A DNA stretch of 64,000 nucleotides from an uncultured Gemmatimonadaceae bacterium (GCA_963843845.1 CAWJMB010000002.1:1536001-1600000), one strand, 5' to 3'. Shown: positions 1 to 12,584, counted from the stretch's first letter. Numbers and translations: made by a program. The notes: generated by a model not told the origin, from the letters alone.

Positions 1-1241
1 CGTTCGACGTGCCGGCGATCAAGGGGCACCTGCCGCATCACGACGAGACGTTCGTCGAATGCCCGGTGACCGACGAGGCGCCGTTCGCGGCGTTGGCGTT
101 CAAGATCGCGACCGACCCGTTCGTCGGAAAGTTGACGTTCTTCCGCGTGTACTCCGGCGTGTTGAACTCGGGCTCGTACGTCTACAACTCGACGAAGGAC
201 AAGCGCGAGCGCGTCAGCCGTCTGCTGCAGATGCACGCGAACAAGCGCGAGGAGATCGCCGAGGTGCGCTGCGGCGACATCGCCGCCGCCATCGGGCTGC
301 GTGACACGCGCACCGGCGACACGCTGTGCGACGACGGACGCCCGATCATTCTCGAGGCGATGAAGTTCCCGACGCCGGTCATCGACGTCGCGATCGAGCC
401 GAAGACGAAGGCGGACCAGGACAAGCTCGGCATCGCGCTCGCGAAGCTGGCGGAGGAGGATCCGACGTTCCGCGTGCACACGGACGCCGAGACGTCGCAG
501 ACGATCATCTCGGGGATGGGTGAGCTGCACCTCGAGATCATCGTCGACCGCATGATGCGCGAGTTCAAGGTCGACGCGAACGTGGGCCGGCCGCAGGTCG
601 CCTACCGCGAGACGATCAAGCGCAAGGTGGAGAAGGTCGAGGGGAAGTTCATCCGCCAGTCGGGCGGCAAGGGGCAGTACGGCCACGTCGTCATCAACAT
701 GGAGCCGGCCGAACAGGGGCAGGGCTTCGTGTTCGAGGACAAGATCGTCGGCGGCACCGTGCCCCGTGAGTACATCGGGCCGGTCGAGCAGGGGATCAAG
801 GAGGCGCTCGAGAATGGCGTTCTCGCCGGCTACCCGATGGTGGACGTGAAGGTGCAGCTCGTGTTCGGCTCGTACCACGACGTCGACTCGAGCGAGATGG
901 CCTTCAAGATCGCGGGCTCGATGGCGTTCAAGGAGGCGGCCGCCAAGGCCAGCCCCGTGCTCCTCGAGCCGATGATGAACGTCGAGGTCGTGACGCCCGA
1001 TGCGTACATGGGCGACGTCCTCGGGGACCTGTCGTCGCGTCGCGGGAAGATCGGCGGCATGACGCAGCGGGGCGAGGCGCAGGTGATCGCGGCCAGCGTC
1101 CCTCTCTCGGAGATGTTCGGCTACTCCACTCGTCTGCGCTCGATGTCGCAGGGGCGTGCGGTGTACTCCATGGAGTTCTCGCACTACGAGGAAGTGCCGA
1201 AGTCGAAGGCCGAGGAGATCATCAGCAAGGTGAAGGCCTAA
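1..1241 (+). CDS. fusA: Elongation factor G, 5'-truncated by window edge
   Basis: EF-G domain II-V motifs ([50 protein letters not shown]); directly upstream of tuf. Confidence 0.98.
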   Translation, partial: FDVPAIKGHLPHHDETFVECPVTDEAPFAALAFKIATDPFVGKLTFFRVYSGVLNSGSYVYNSTKDKRERVSRLLQMHANKREEIAEVRCGDIAAAIGLRDTRTGDTLCDDGRPIILEAMKFPTPVIDVAIEPKTKADQDKLGIALAKLAEEDPTFRVHTDAETSQTIISGMGELHLEIIVDRMMREFKVDANVGRPQVAYRETIKRKVEKVEGKFIRQSGGKGQYGHVVINMEPAEQGQGFVFEDKIVGGTVPREYIGPVEQGIKEALENGVLAGYPMVDVKVQLVFGSYHDVDSSEMAFKIAGSMAFKEAAAKASPVLLEPMMNVEVVTPDAYMGDVLGDLSSRRGKIGGMTQRGEAQVIAASVPLSEMFGYSTRLRSMSQGRAVYSMEFSHYEEVPKSKAEEIISKVKA

Positions 1242-1298
1242 CTCCTTCCGCTCGCAGCGAAGCACCGCGTACCAACACTCCGAAACAGAGACAGCACC

Positions 1299-2501
<1,203 letters not shown>

Positions 2502-2504
2502 TCA

Positions 2505-2577
2505 ACTGCCGGGACGCGGGGCTCGGGACTCGGTGGTCGGGACTTTCCCGATGCCGAGTTCCGGTCCCGGGTGCCGG
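2505..2577. repeat. Imperfect GC-rich inverted repeat (REP-like hairpin) between tuf and rpsJ
   Basis: Arms GGGACTCGGTGGTCGGGA and TCCCGATGCCGAGTTCC around a CTT loop; starts with ACTGCCGGG like the secY-adk element. Confidence 0.6.
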
Positions 2578-2598
2578 ACTTTCCGAGACACAGAGACC

Positions 2599-2907
<309 letters not shown>

Positions 2908-3033
2908 TTCCGGGCGGCGTCGCAGCCGCCCATCGGAGCGGGTCTACACGACTCGGTCCACAGTCCAACGGCCGGTAACGCGCGCACGACACAAGGGTCG
3001 GCGGCGGGCCGCGACTAACGAGCAGGAGCACCA

Positions 3034-3730
3034 ATGATCGGCATCATCGGGAAGAAGCTGGGGATGACCCAGATCTTCAACGAGCTGGGCCAGCAGATCC
3101 CGGTCACGGTCATCGAGGCCGAGCCGAACGCGGTCACGAAAGTGACGGACGCGGCGACTGCGGGATTCGCAGCGGTCGAGCTGGGCTACGGCCGGCAGAA
3201 GACCGCGCGTGAGAACAAGGGGAAGGAGAGGACGCCGAAGGGCACCCGCGCGAGCCGCGCGGAGCTCGGGCATGCGCGGAAAGCGGGGCTCGACTACGCC
3301 CCGCGCGTGCTGCGCAGCTTCCGGCTCGACGACGCGGCGCCGGCGAAGAAGGGGCAGGCCGCGGAGCTTCCGTCGTTCACGCTCGGCAGCACGATCGGCG
3401 TCGACATCTTCGCGGCGGGCGAGTTCGTGAAGGTGACGGGGACGACGAAGGGGCGTGGCTTCCAGGGCGTCGTCAAGCGCTGGGGCTTCGGCGGCGGTGC
3501 GAACACGCACGGCAACACGAAGCACCGCAAGCCGGGCTCGATCGGGCCGGGCACCGACCCATCGCGCGTCATCAAAGGCAAGAAGATGCCTGGGCACTAC
3601 GGCGCCGAGCGCCACACGGCGGTCGGGCTGCGCGTCGAGAAGATCGACGCGGAGAAGCAATCTCATCTATGTCCGCGGCAGCGTGGCCGGCCCGACGAAC
3701 GGGATCGTGCTCGTCCGCAAGCAGGGCTGA
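3034..3730 (+). CDS. rplC: 50S ribosomal protein L3 (one apparent frameshift near 3660)
   Basis: [36 protein letters not shown]-terminus [21 protein letters not shown] lies in another frame. Confidence 0.96.
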
Positions 3731-3734
3731 CGCC

Positions 3735-4403
3735 ATGGCTGACACGACCACATTCCAGGCTGCGTCGTACGGCGCCGACGGCACGGCGCGCGAGCGCGTG
3801 ACGCTCCCGACCGGTCTGTTCGACGGCACGATCAACGTGCCCGTCATGCACCAGGCGGTGAAGGCGTACCTCGCGAACCAGCGCCAGGGCACCGCGGCGA
3901 CGAAGATCCGCAAGTACGTCACCGGCGGCAATCAGAAACCGTGGCGCCAGAAGGGGACCGGCCGCGCTCGTCAGGGCTCGACGCGTGCTCCGCACTGGGT
4001 CGGCGGTGGCACGGTCTTCGGGCCGCAGCCGCGCGACTACGACCAGAAGATGCCGCGCAAGGTGAAGGCGCTCGCGCGCAAGAGCGCGCTGAACGCGCGG
4101 GCGCGCGAGGATTCGCTGCTCGTCGTCGACTCGCTGGCGTTCACGTCGCCGAAGACGAAGCAGATCACCGCGCTGCTCGCGAGCCTCGGCATCGCGGAGC
4201 GCAAGGTGCTGATCCTGACGGACGGCGCGAAGTCGTCCGTGTACCTGAGCGCGCGCAACCTGCCGAACGTGCACGTGATGCCGTACGGCGATGTATCGAC
4301 CTACCACATCCTGTGGTCGGACGTCGTCGTCGTGGAGTCGGCGGCACTGACCGCGGCGGGCGCGGCGAGCGACTACGCGCGCGCCGCTGGCGAGGAGGGC
4401 TGA
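3735..4403 (+). CDS. rplD: 50S ribosomal protein L4
   Basis: [37 protein letters not shown]. Confidence 0.97.
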   Translation: MADTTTFQAASYGADGTARERVTLPTGLFDGTINVPVMHQAVKAYLANQRQGTAATKIRKYVTGGNQKPWRQKGTGRARQGSTRAPHWVGGGTVFGPQPRDYDQKMPRKVKALARKSALNARAREDSLLVVDSLAFTSPKTKQITALLASLGIAERKVLILTDGAKSSVYLSARNLPNVHVMPYGDVSTYHILWSDVVVVESAALTAAGAASDYARAAGEEG

Positions 4404-4405
4404 CC

Positions 4406-4695
4406 ATGCCGACGCTGCACCGCACCATCGTGCGCCCGATCGTCACCGAAGCGACGTCGCGCGGCCTATCAGGACCGCGGCGAGTACTACTTCGAAGTGG
4501 CGCCGACGGCGAACAAGCAGGAAATCAAGCAGGCCATCGAGCGCCTGTTCGGGGTCAAGGTGACCGCCGTGTGGACGATGAACGTGCGCGGGAAGACGCG
4601 CCGTGTCGGCACGACGACCGGGCCGCCGCCCACACTGGAAAAAGGCGATCGTGACCCTCGCCGAGGGTGATTCGATCGGGATCTTCGAGGGCTAA
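4406..4695 (+). CDS. rplW: 50S ribosomal protein L23 (apparent frameshifts)
   Basis: [40 protein letters not shown] pieces in different frames; between rplD and rplB. Confidence 0.92.
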
Positions 4696-4702
4696 GTCGC
4701 AC

Positions 4703-5540
4703 ATGCCGATTCGTCAATTCAAGCCGGTGACGGCCTCCTCGCGCTTCCGCTCGGTCGCCGATTTCTCGGAGATCACGCGGACGACGCCGGAGAAGTCGCT
4801 CACCGAGCCGCTCAAGAAGTCGGGCGGCCGTGACAATCACGGCCACATCTCGATGCGTCGCCGCGGCGGCGGCGAGAAGCGGAAGTACCGCATCATCGAT
4901 TTCAAGCGCAACAAGCACGGGCGTGAGCCGGCGACGGTCCGCCACATCGAGTACGATCCGAACCGCTCGGCGCGCATCGCGCTCGTCGAGTATGCGGACG
5001 GCGAGAAGCGCTACATCCTGCACCCGAAGGGGCTGGCGGTCGGCGACACGGTCGTCAGCGGTCCGGGCTCGGACGTGCGACGCGGGCAACGCGATGCCGC
5101 TGCGCGAGGTGCCGTTGGGCACCGCGGTGCACAACGTGGAGCTCAAGCCCGGCAAGGGTGGGCAGATGGCCCGCTCCGCCGGCACGAGCGTCCAGGTCGT
5201 CGCGAAGGAGGGCGAGTACGTCACGCTGCGCATGGCGTCGACGGAGATGCGCCTCGTGCACGGACGCTGCCTGGCGCACGATCGGCGAAGTCGGCAACGC
5301 CGAGCACGAGCTCGTGTCGTGGGGCAAGGCCGGCAAGACGCGCTGGATGGGGCGTCGCCCGAAGGTGCGCGGCGAGGTGATGAATCCCGTCGATCACCCG
5401 CACGGTGGGCGCACGCGCGGCGGGCGCAACGTGGTGTCAGCCCGTGGGGCAAGAAGGAAGGCGTGAAGACGCGCAACAGCAAGAAGGCGTCGACGCGTCT
5501 CATCGTCCGCGGGCGTCGCCGCGGCAAGGCCACGCAGTAA
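4703..5540 (+). CDS. rplB: 50S ribosomal protein L2 (several apparent frameshifts)
   Basis: [52 protein letters not shown] spread over three frames. Confidence 0.96.
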
Positions 5541-5557
5541 GCGGACGAGGATAACTC

Positions 5558-5856
5558 ATGGCCAGAAGCATCGGAAGGGGCCGTTCGTGCAGGAGGCCCT
5601 GTCGGACAAGGTGACGGCGATGAACGCGCGCGGCGAGAAGAAGGTCGTGAAGACCTGGTCTCGCGCGAGCACGATCCTGCCCGAGTTCGTCGGGCACACC
5701 TTCGCCGTGCACAACGGGAACAAGTTCATCCCCGTCTACGTGACGGAGAACATGGTCGGCCACAAGCTCGGCGAGTTCGCGCCGACGCGGCTGTTCCGCG
5801 GCCACACGGCGGGGAAGACGGACAAGAAGGCCGGCGGCGCGCCGGTCAAGAAGTGA
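5558..5856 (+). CDS. rpsS: 30S ribosomal protein S19 (frameshift near start)
   Basis: [23 protein letters not shown]...[13 protein letters not shown]. Confidence 0.96.
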
Positions 5857-5870
5857 CGGAGGCGCGAACC

Positions 5871-6315
5871 ATGCCTGACACCACACGACAGCCCCTCGCA
5901 CCGCAAGCCGGGCGCTCGCGAAGGCGCATCAACGCCGACGAAGCGCGAAGGCGATGACGAACGGCGCGCGCGCGATGCAGCGCTCGACGCGGCAGTCGCC
6001 CTACAAGGTGCGGCTGCGTCGTCGATCAGATCCGCGGCTAAGCGTGAACGACGCGCTCGCGCTGCTGCAGTTCTCGAAGAAGCATGCGGCCGTCGAGATC
6101 GAGAAGGTGCTGAGCAGCGCCGTCGCGAACGCGGAGGACGCGACGCGCCGCAACGGCGGCTCGGTCGACGCCGACGGCTGTACGTGATCCACGCCATCGT
6201 GAACGAGGGGCCGAAGCTCAAGCGCTTCACGCCCGCCGCGATGGGTCGCGCCACCCCCGTCCAGAAGCGGACGAGCCACATGGAAATCGTGGTCGCCGAG
6301 AAGGAAGGTCGATAA
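5871..6315 (+). CDS. rplV: 50S ribosomal protein L22 (frameshifts; start uncertain, 5871 or 5954)
   Basis: [49 protein letters not shown] overlaps the rpsC ATG. Confidence 0.9.
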
Positions 6316-6979
6316 TGGGACAGAAGACGAATCCGATCGGCTTCCGCCTCGGTATCTCGAAGTCGTGGCGGTCGACGTGGTACGCGAGCGGCAAGAACAT
6401 GCCGCAGCTCCTGCAGGAAGACGCGCTGCTGCGGAAGTATCTCAAGCAGCGCATGGGTCATGCGGCGATCTCGGACGTGCGCATCGAGCGCAAGCCGGGG
6501 AAGGTCGTCGTGACGATCCACACGGGCCGCCCCGGCGTCGTGATCGGGAAGAAGGGCGCCGAGGTCGACAAGCTGCGTGACGAGCTCGCGCAGCTCACCG
6601 GGCAAGGAAGTCGGGGTGAACGTCGAGGAGATCAAGCGCCCCGAGGTCGAGGCGCAGCTCGTCGCCGACAGCATCGCGCAGCAGCTCGCGGGGCGCGTGT
6701 CGTTCCGCCGCGCGATGAAGCGCGCCGTGCAGAGCGCGATGCGCTCCGGCGCGCAGGGGATCAAGGTCAAGGCGGGTGGCCGGTTGGGCGGCGCCGAGAT
6801 CGCGCGCGTCGAAGGGCTATCACGAAGGTCGCGTGCCCCTTCACACGCTGCGCGCGGACATCGACTACGCGACGTCGACGGCGAAGACCACCTACGGCAC
6901 CATCGGTGTCAAGGTGTGGATCTTCAAGGGCGAAGTCGTGGAAGATCGCCGTGGCAAGACGTACTCGACCGGCGCGTAA
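6315..6979 (+). CDS. rpsC: 30S ribosomal protein S3 (two apparent frameshifts)
   Basis: [48 protein letters not shown]. Confidence 0.96.
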
Positions 6980-6992
6980 GGAGACTACCACG

Positions 6993-7423
6993 ATGCTGAG
7001 TCCGAAGCGCGTCAAGTTCCGCAAGATGTTCAAGGGCCGGATGACCGGCCTCGCGCACCGCGGCAGCGAGATCTCGTTCGGCCACTTCGGTCTGATGGCG
7101 CTGGAGCCCGGTTGGGTGTCCGCGCGTCAGATCGAGGCGGCGCGTATCGCGCTCACCCGCCACATCAAGCGCGGCGGCAAGGTCTGGATCCGCATTTTCC
7201 CCGACAAGCCGATCACGAAGAAGCCGGCCGAGACCCGCATGGGTAAGGGCAAGGGGTCGCCGGAGCTGTGGGTGGCGGTCGTGAAGCCGGGCCGGATGAT
7301 GTTCGAGCTCGAGGGCGTGACGCCGCGAGATCGCCGAGAAGGCGATGGCGCTCGCCGCCGCGAAGCTCGGCGTGAAGATCGAAGTTCGTGGTCCGCGAGG
7401 AGGCGCACACCGATGAAGCTTGA
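6993..7423 (+). CDS. rplP: 50S ribosomal protein L16 (frameshifts near 3' end)
   Basis: [31 protein letters not shown]. Confidence 0.96.
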
Positions 7424-7757
7424 TGACATTCGCGCGCTCGGCGCGCCGCGAGCTGCAGGCGCGTGCGACGGAGCTTGCAGGAGGAGCAGTTCCGCCTCCG
7501 CTTCCGTGCGGCGACCGAGACGCTCGAGCAGCCGTTGCGCCTGCGTGAGGTGCGCCGCGACATCGCGCGCGTGCTGACCGTGATGCGCGAGAAGGCGCTC
7601 GCCGCCGCGGCCGCCGACGGCCGGCGTCGACGAAGAGGCGGGGCAAGACGGCGCGGCCCGGAAGAGCGTCGCGAAGGGTGACAAGCAGGCCGCGACGAAG
7701 CGCGCGGCGATGAAGCGCGTGGCGAAGCGCGGCATCCGTTCCAAGTCCGCCCGCTAA
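7413..7757 (+). CDS. rpmC: 50S ribosomal protein L29 with basic C-terminal extension (frameshifts)
   Basis: [10 protein letters not shown]...[13 protein letters not shown]; between rplP and rpsQ; tail ends [13 protein letters not shown]. Confidence 0.85.
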
Positions 7758-7775
7758 GCCGGAGCGCGAGAGACA

Positions 7776-8082
7776 ATGGCCGAAACGATGAACAACGAGA
7801 CGACCCCGAACGCGGCGCCCCAGGGGCAGAAGCGTGGCGCGCGCAAAGATGCGCGTCGGGCTGGTCGTCAGCGACAAGATGCAGAAGACCGTCGTGGTCG
7901 CGGTGGATCGCCGCGTGCCGCACCCGGTCTACGGCAAGATGGTCACGCGTACCACCCGCCTGAAGGCGCACGACGAGGAGAACTCGGCGAAGCAGGGCGA
8001 CACGGTGCGCATCATGGAGACTCGGCCGCTGTCGAAGGACAAGCGGTGGCGCGTGGTCGAGATCGTCGAGCGCGCGAGGTAA
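7776..8082 (+). CDS. rpsQ: 30S ribosomal protein S17 (frameshift near 7845)
   Basis: [31 protein letters not shown]. Confidence 0.95.
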
Positions 8083-8088
8083 CGGGCC

Positions 8089-8457
8089 ATGATCCAGCAA
8101 GAGTCAGTGGTCAAGGTCGCGGACAACTCGGGCGCCAAGCGCGCGCTCGTCATCCGCGTGTTGGGCGGGACGCGCCGCCGCTACGCCGGGCTCGGGGACC
8201 GGGTCGTCGTCGCGGTGAAGGACGCGCTGCCGAACGGCACGGTGAAGAAGTCGGATGTCGCGAAGGCGGTCGTCGTGCGCACGGTGAAGGAGACGCGGCG
8301 CAAGGACGGGAGCTACATCCGCTTCGACGAGAACGCCGTCGTCATCATCAACGACAACGGCGAGCCGCGGGCGACGCGTATCTTCGGGCCGGTCGCGCGC
8401 GAGCTGCGCGAGAAGCGCTACATGAAGATCGTGTCGCTCGCCCCGGAGGTGCTGTAA
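8089..8457 (+). CDS. rplN: 50S ribosomal protein L14
   Basis: [34 protein letters not shown]. Confidence 0.99.
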   Translation: MIQQESVVKVADNSGAKRALVIRVLGGTRRRYAGLGDRVVVAVKDALPNGTVKKSDVAKAVVVRTVKETRRKDGSYIRFDENAVVIINDNGEPRATRIFGPVARELREKRYMKIVSLAPEVL

Positions 8458-8458
8458 C

Positions 8459-8860
8459 ATGCGCGAGCTCAAGTACCGCAAGACGGACAAAGTGCGCCTC
8501 GGCGCCGGCCGTCATGCGCGGAAGGCGGAGCGCGTCACGGTGCACGTCCGCAAGGGCGACACGGTGCGCGTCATGCGCGGCGACGACAAGGGGAAGGAAG
8601 GGCGCGTCACGAAGGTGCTCACGAAGACCGGTCGCGTGACTATCGAAGGTGTGAACATCGTGAAGAAGCACCGGCGCGCGCGGCGTCCCGAGGAGCAGAG
8701 CGGGATCCTCGAGATGCCCGCGCCGGTGAACGCCTCGAACGTGATGTTGATCGATCCGAAGACGGGGAAGGCGACGCGCGTGCGCGCTCGCATCGACGCC
8801 GACGGTACGAAGGAGCGCGTGGGTGTGAAGACGGGCGAGCCGATCTCGACGCCGCGCTGA
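8459..8860 (+). CDS. rplX: 50S ribosomal protein L24
   Basis: KOW motif KGDTVRVMRGDDKGKEG, EGVNIVKKH, SNVMLIDP. Confidence 0.97.
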   Translation: MRELKYRKTDKVRLGAGRHARKAERVTVHVRKGDTVRVMRGDDKGKEGRVTKVLTKTGRVTIEGVNIVKKHRRARRPEEQSGILEMPAPVNASNVMLIDPKTGKATRVRARIDADGTKERVGVKTGEPISTPR

Positions 8861-8876
8861 TCCGGAGACGATTCCA

Positions 8877-9704
8877 ATGGCGAAGAACGACGACAAGAAG
8901 GGCGGCAAAGGCGGCGCGGGCGGCAAGGGCGGCGCGAAGGGCGGCGCGAAGGGCGGCGCGAAAGGCGGCGCCAAGTCCGGTGGGAAGGGCGCCGCGCCGG
9001 CCGGCGGCAAGCAGACGAAGGCGGCGAAGGGCGGCGAGAAGCGCGGCCCGCTGCAGCCCAAGGAGCACGCCGGTGCGGGGCTGCCGAGCGCAGCGCCGCG
9101 TCTGAAGCTGTTCTACGAGCAGACCGTGCGCCCCCGGCTCCAGGAGCAGTTCAAGCTGACGAACCCGCACCAGGTGCCGGGGCTCGTGAAGATCGTGCTG
9201 AACAGCGGCGTCGGCGAGGCGATCAAGCAGCCGCGCGCGCTCGACAGCGTGGTCGACGAGATGGCGCTGATCTCGGGGCAGCGGCCGGTGCGTCGCAAGG
9301 CGAAGAAGTCGATCGCGAACTACGGTCTCCGCGAAGGACAGGAGATCGGCGCGATGGTGACGCTCCGTGGGGCTCGCATGTGGGAGTTCCTCGATCGGTT
9401 CATCGCGGTGGCACTGCCGCGCGTGCGCGACTTCCGCGGGTTGTCGACGCGGTCGTTCGACGGGCGTGGGAACTACTCGCTCGGTGTGAAGGAGCAGTTG
9501 ATCTTTCCGGAGATCAACTACGACATGGTCGAGGCGGTACACGGGATGGACGTCACGATCGTGACGACGGCGGAGCGCGACGACCTCGCGCTGGCGCTGC
9601 TTCGCGAACTCGGGATGCCGTTCCGCGGCGAGACGAAGCCGCTCGTGCCGCGTCCGGACCGCATGGACGGGCAGCTCGCGGAAGCGGGCGCCGCTGCCGC
9701 GTGA
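8877..9704 (+). CDS. rplE: 50S ribosomal protein L5 with Gly/Lys-rich N-terminal extension
   Basis: KIVLNSGVG, ISGQRP, ALPRVRDFRG, FDGRGNYSLGVKEQLIFPEI. Confidence 0.98.
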   Translation: MAKNDDKKGGKGGAGGKGGAKGGAKGGAKGGAKSGGKGAAPAGGKQTKAAKGGEKRGPLQPKEHAGAGLPSAAPRLKLFYEQTVRPRLQEQFKLTNPHQVPGLVKIVLNSGVGEAIKQPRALDSVVDEMALISGQRPVRRKAKKSIANYGLREGQEIGAMVTLRGARMWEFLDRFIAVALPRVRDFRGLSTRSFDGRGNYSLGVKEQLIFPEINYDMVEAVHGMDVTIVTTAERDDLALALLRELGMPFRGETKPLVPRPDRMDGQLAEAGAAAA

Positions 9705-9747
9705 TCGCGGCCGCCTAACGTCTTTCTCTTTTCAGTAGACTCGACTC

Positions 9748-10053
9748 ATGGCGAAGACGAGCAAGATCGTCAAGAACAACGATCGCAAGGTGCTGGTCGC
9801 GCGGTACGCGGAGCGCCGCGCGGCGCTCCGTGCGATCATCGACGACGTGCAGACGAGCGACGCGGACCGGCAGGCGGCGTACGCGAAGCTGCGCAAGCTG
9901 CCGCGCGACTCGTCGCCGACGCGCGTGCGCAATCGGTGCGCGATGACGGGGCGCCCGCGGGCGTATCTCCGTCAGTTCGGCCTGTCGCGCATCACGTTCC
10001 GCGACATGGCGCTCTTCGGGCTGATCCCCGGCGTCCGCAAGGCGAGCTGGTAA
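9748..10053 (+). CDS. rpsN: 30S ribosomal protein S14, long form lacking the zinc ribbon
   Basis: 101 aa; [30 protein letters not shown]; only one Cys. Confidence 0.97.
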   Translation: MAKTSKIVKNNDRKVLVARYAERRAALRAIIDDVQTSDADRQAAYAKLRKLPRDSSPTRVRNRCAMTGRPRAYLRQFGLSRITFRDMALFGLIPGVRKASW

Positions 10054-10120
10054 TTTCCACCGCTCGTTCCCTTTTCATTCCTAAACGTCCGCAAGGATAC
10101 GATAGGAGCGCAGGTAATTC

Positions 10121-10522
10121 ATGAGCATGACCGATCCGATCGCCGACATGCTCACGCGGATCCGGAACGCTTGCATGAGCAAGCACCGCCGCGTGGACAT
10201 GCCGCTGTCGAAGATGAAAGTCGAAGTCGCGCGCATCCTGAAGGAGAACAACTTCGTTCAGGATTACCGCGTGGTCGATACGGAAGACGGGCGCAAGGCG
10301 CTGCGCGTCATCCTGAAGTATGCGGCGGGTGGAACACCCGTCATCCGTGAGCTGCACCGCGTCTCGACGCCCGGCCTGCGCAAGTACGTCGGCGTGAGCG
10401 AGATCCCGCGGGTGCGCAACGGACTCGGGATGGCGATCCTGAGCACGTCGCAGGGGCTCCTCTCGGACCGTCAGGCGCGCCAGAAGCGCACCGGCGGCGA
10501 GCTCCTCGCCCTCGTCTGGTAA
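10121..10522 (+). CDS. rpsH: 30S ribosomal protein S8
   Basis: MTDPIADMLTRIRNA, RVSTPGLR, GLGMAILSTSQG, GGELL. Confidence 0.98.
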   Translation: MSMTDPIADMLTRIRNACMSKHRRVDMPLSKMKVEVARILKENNFVQDYRVVDTEDGRKALRVILKYAAGGTPVIRELHRVSTPGLRKYVGVSEIPRVRNGLGMAILSTSQGLLSDRQARQKRTGGELLALVW

Positions 10523-10537
10523 GGGAGGCATCCGAAC

Positions 10538-11077
10538 ATGTCACGTATCGGTAAGCTTCCGATCGCGGTGCCGAGCGGCGTGTCGGTCGCGCTCGACGGC
10601 AATCGCATCACGGTGAAGGGGCCGAGAGGCGAGCTCTCCCGCACGCTGCCGGCCGACATCACCGTCGCGCAGACCGGCGCGGAGCTGAACGTCACGCGTC
10701 CGTCCGACGAGCCGACCCACAAGGCGCTGCATGGCCTCACGCGCTCGCTCGTGAACAACATGGTCGAGGGTGTGACCAAGGGATACACGAAGACGCTCGA
10801 GATCTCCGGCGTCGGCTACAAGGCCGAGGTCCGTCCGTACGGCTTGCAGTTCGCGCTGGGGTATTCGCACCCGATCGAAGTGCGCGCGCCGGCAGGCGTG
10901 TCGCTGACGGCGCCGAACCCGACCACGGTGATCGTCTCGGGGTCGGACAAGGAAGTCGTCGGTCGCGTCGCGGCGGAGATCCGCAAGTTGCGCAAGCCGG
11001 AGCCGTACAAGGGGAAGGGCGTGAAATACCAGGGTGAGACGATCCGCCGGAAGGCGGGCAAGGCGGGAGGTAAGTAA
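10538..11077 (+). CDS. rplF: 50S ribosomal protein L6
   Basis: [34 protein letters not shown]. Confidence 0.98.
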   Translation: MSRIGKLPIAVPSGVSVALDGNRITVKGPRGELSRTLPADITVAQTGAELNVTRPSDEPTHKALHGLTRSLVNNMVEGVTKGYTKTLEISGVGYKAEVRPYGLQFALGYSHPIEVRAPAGVSLTAPNPTTVIVSGSDKEVVGRVAAEIRKLRKPEPYKGKGVKYQGETIRRKAGKAGGK

Positions 11078-11436
11078 TGCCGAGAGCTGCGATTCCGAAG
11101 ACGCGTGGGGAGAAGCGGGCACGCCGCCACCTTCGCGTTCGAAAGGCGATCAGCGGCACCGCCGAGCGTCCGCGTCTCGTCGTGTTCCGTTCGCTGAAGC
11201 ACATCACCGCCCAGCTCGTCGACGACACCCAGGGGCGCACGATTTTCACGGTCACCAGCGCCAGCGTCGGCGAAGGGAAGAAGACCGAGAAGTCGGCCGC
11301 CGTCGGGAAGCGTGTCGCGGAGCGGGCCAAGGAAGCCGGCATCACGCGCGTCGTGTTCGACCGCGCCGGATACCAGTACCACGGCCGCGTGAAAGCTGTG
11401 GCCGACGGCGCCCGCGAGGGCGGCCTGGAGTTCTGA
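11077..11436 (+). CDS. rplR: 50S ribosomal protein L18
   Basis: [37 protein letters not shown]. Confidence 0.98.
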   Translation: MPRAAIPKTRGEKRARRHLRVRKAISGTAERPRLVVFRSLKHITAQLVDDTQGRTIFTVTSASVGEGKKTEKSAAVGKRVAERAKEAGITRVVFDRAGYQYHGRVKAVADGAREGGLEF

Positions 11437-11437
11437 C

Positions 11438-12328
11438 ATGCCAGAGAATCAGACGAGTGGACAGGGTGGCGCCGGCGGCGCCGGCGGTGCCGGTGGCGCG
11501 GGTGGTGCCGGTGGCGCGGGTGGCCAGCAGCGGAGCGGCGGCCCCGGGCGCGGCCCCGGCGGCGGCGGCGGTGGGTTCAACCGCGGCCCTGGCGGTGGTA
11601 TCCGCGGGGGGCCGGGTGGCGGTCGTGGACGCGGCGGCCCGGGCGGCGGTCGTGGTCCGGGCGGGCCCGGCGGGCGCGGTCCTGGTGGCCCGGGCGGTCG
11701 CGGTGGCCCGGGCGGTGGTGGCCCGGGCGGCGGGCGCGGCGGGCGTGACGGCGGGCGCGGCGACGGTCGCGGTCAGGAGCGCGAAGGGAGCGATCTCGTC
11801 GAGAACGTGATCGCGATCAACCGTGTCGCGAAGGTCGTGAAGGGTGGCCGCCGCTTCTCGTTCAACGCGCTCGTCGCGGTCGGCGACGGGCAGGGGCGCG
11901 TCGGCTTCGCGACCGGCAAGGCGAACGAAGTCTCGGAGGCCGTGCGCAAAGCGGTCGACGCAGCGCGTCGCAACATGGTGTCGGTGCCGCTGACCGGCGG
12001 GACCATTCCGCACGAGGTGATCGGTCAGCACGGCGCCGGACGTGTGCTGCTCAAGCCTGCCGCGCCGGGTGCCGGCGTGATCGCCGGTGGCGCGGTGCGC
12101 GCGGTGATGGAGTGCGCGGGCATCGTCGACATCATCGGCAAGAGCCTCGGGTCGACCAACCCGCACAACCTCGTGCTCGCGGCGCTCGACGGACTGGCAC
12201 AGCTCACGACGGTCGAGCAGATCGCACGCGAGCGCGGCATCGAGACTGCAGCGGTCGGGTATCGGTCGCGCGCCGAGGTGCGCACGCGCGCGCCTCGCGC
12301 GGGACTCGCGGCCGTGGAGGCGGTGTAA
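11438..12328 (+). CDS. rpsE: 30S ribosomal protein S5 with long Gly/Arg/Pro N-terminal extension
   Basis: [46 protein letters not shown]. Confidence 0.98.
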   Translation: MPENQTSGQGGAGGAGGAGGAGGAGGAGGQQRSGGPGRGPGGGGGGFNRGPGGGIRGGPGGGRGRGGPGGGRGPGGPGGRGPGGPGGRGGPGGGGPGGGRGGRDGGRGDGRGQEREGSDLVENVIAINRVAKVVKGGRRFSFNALVAVGDGQGRVGFATGKANEVSEAVRKAVDAARRNMVSVPLTGGTIPHEVIGQHGAGRVLLKPAAPGAGVIAGGAVRAVMECAGIVDIIGKSLGSTNPHNLVLAALDGLAQLTTVEQIARERGIETAAVGYRSRAEVRTRAPRAGLAAVEAV

Positions 12329-12329
12329 C

Positions 12330-12584
12330 ATGCCACGTACGTTCGTTTGGCATCCTGGCAAGGGGCCGAAGACGACGCCGAAGATGCTGCCGCCTTCGCT
12401 CGGGCAGCTTCGCATCAAGCAGGTGCGTAGTGAGATCGGGCACCCCGAGTCGTTGCGCCGCACGCTGCGCGCGATGGGGTTGCGGCACCACCAACAGGAG
12501 ATCGTGAAGCCGGACACGCCGTCGCTTCGCGGGCAGATCAAGCAGGTCCGTCACCTCGTCGAGGTGACGGCCGTGGAGGGGTGA
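12330..12584 (+). CDS. rpmD: 50S ribosomal protein L30
   Basis: LRIKQVRSEIG...TLRAMGLR...RGQIKQVRHLV; between rpsE and rplO. Confidence 0.93.
   Translation: MPRTFVWHPGKGPKTTPKMLPPSLGQLRIKQVRSEIGHPESLRRTLRAMGLRHHQQEIVKPDTPSLRGQIKQVRHLVEVTAVEG

Noticed and set aside
3034..8082. Pseudogenisation or programmed frameshifting of r-protein genes
   Set aside because: Essential genes with intact motifs, scattered indels and no shared slippery site; a sequencing artefact is far more likely
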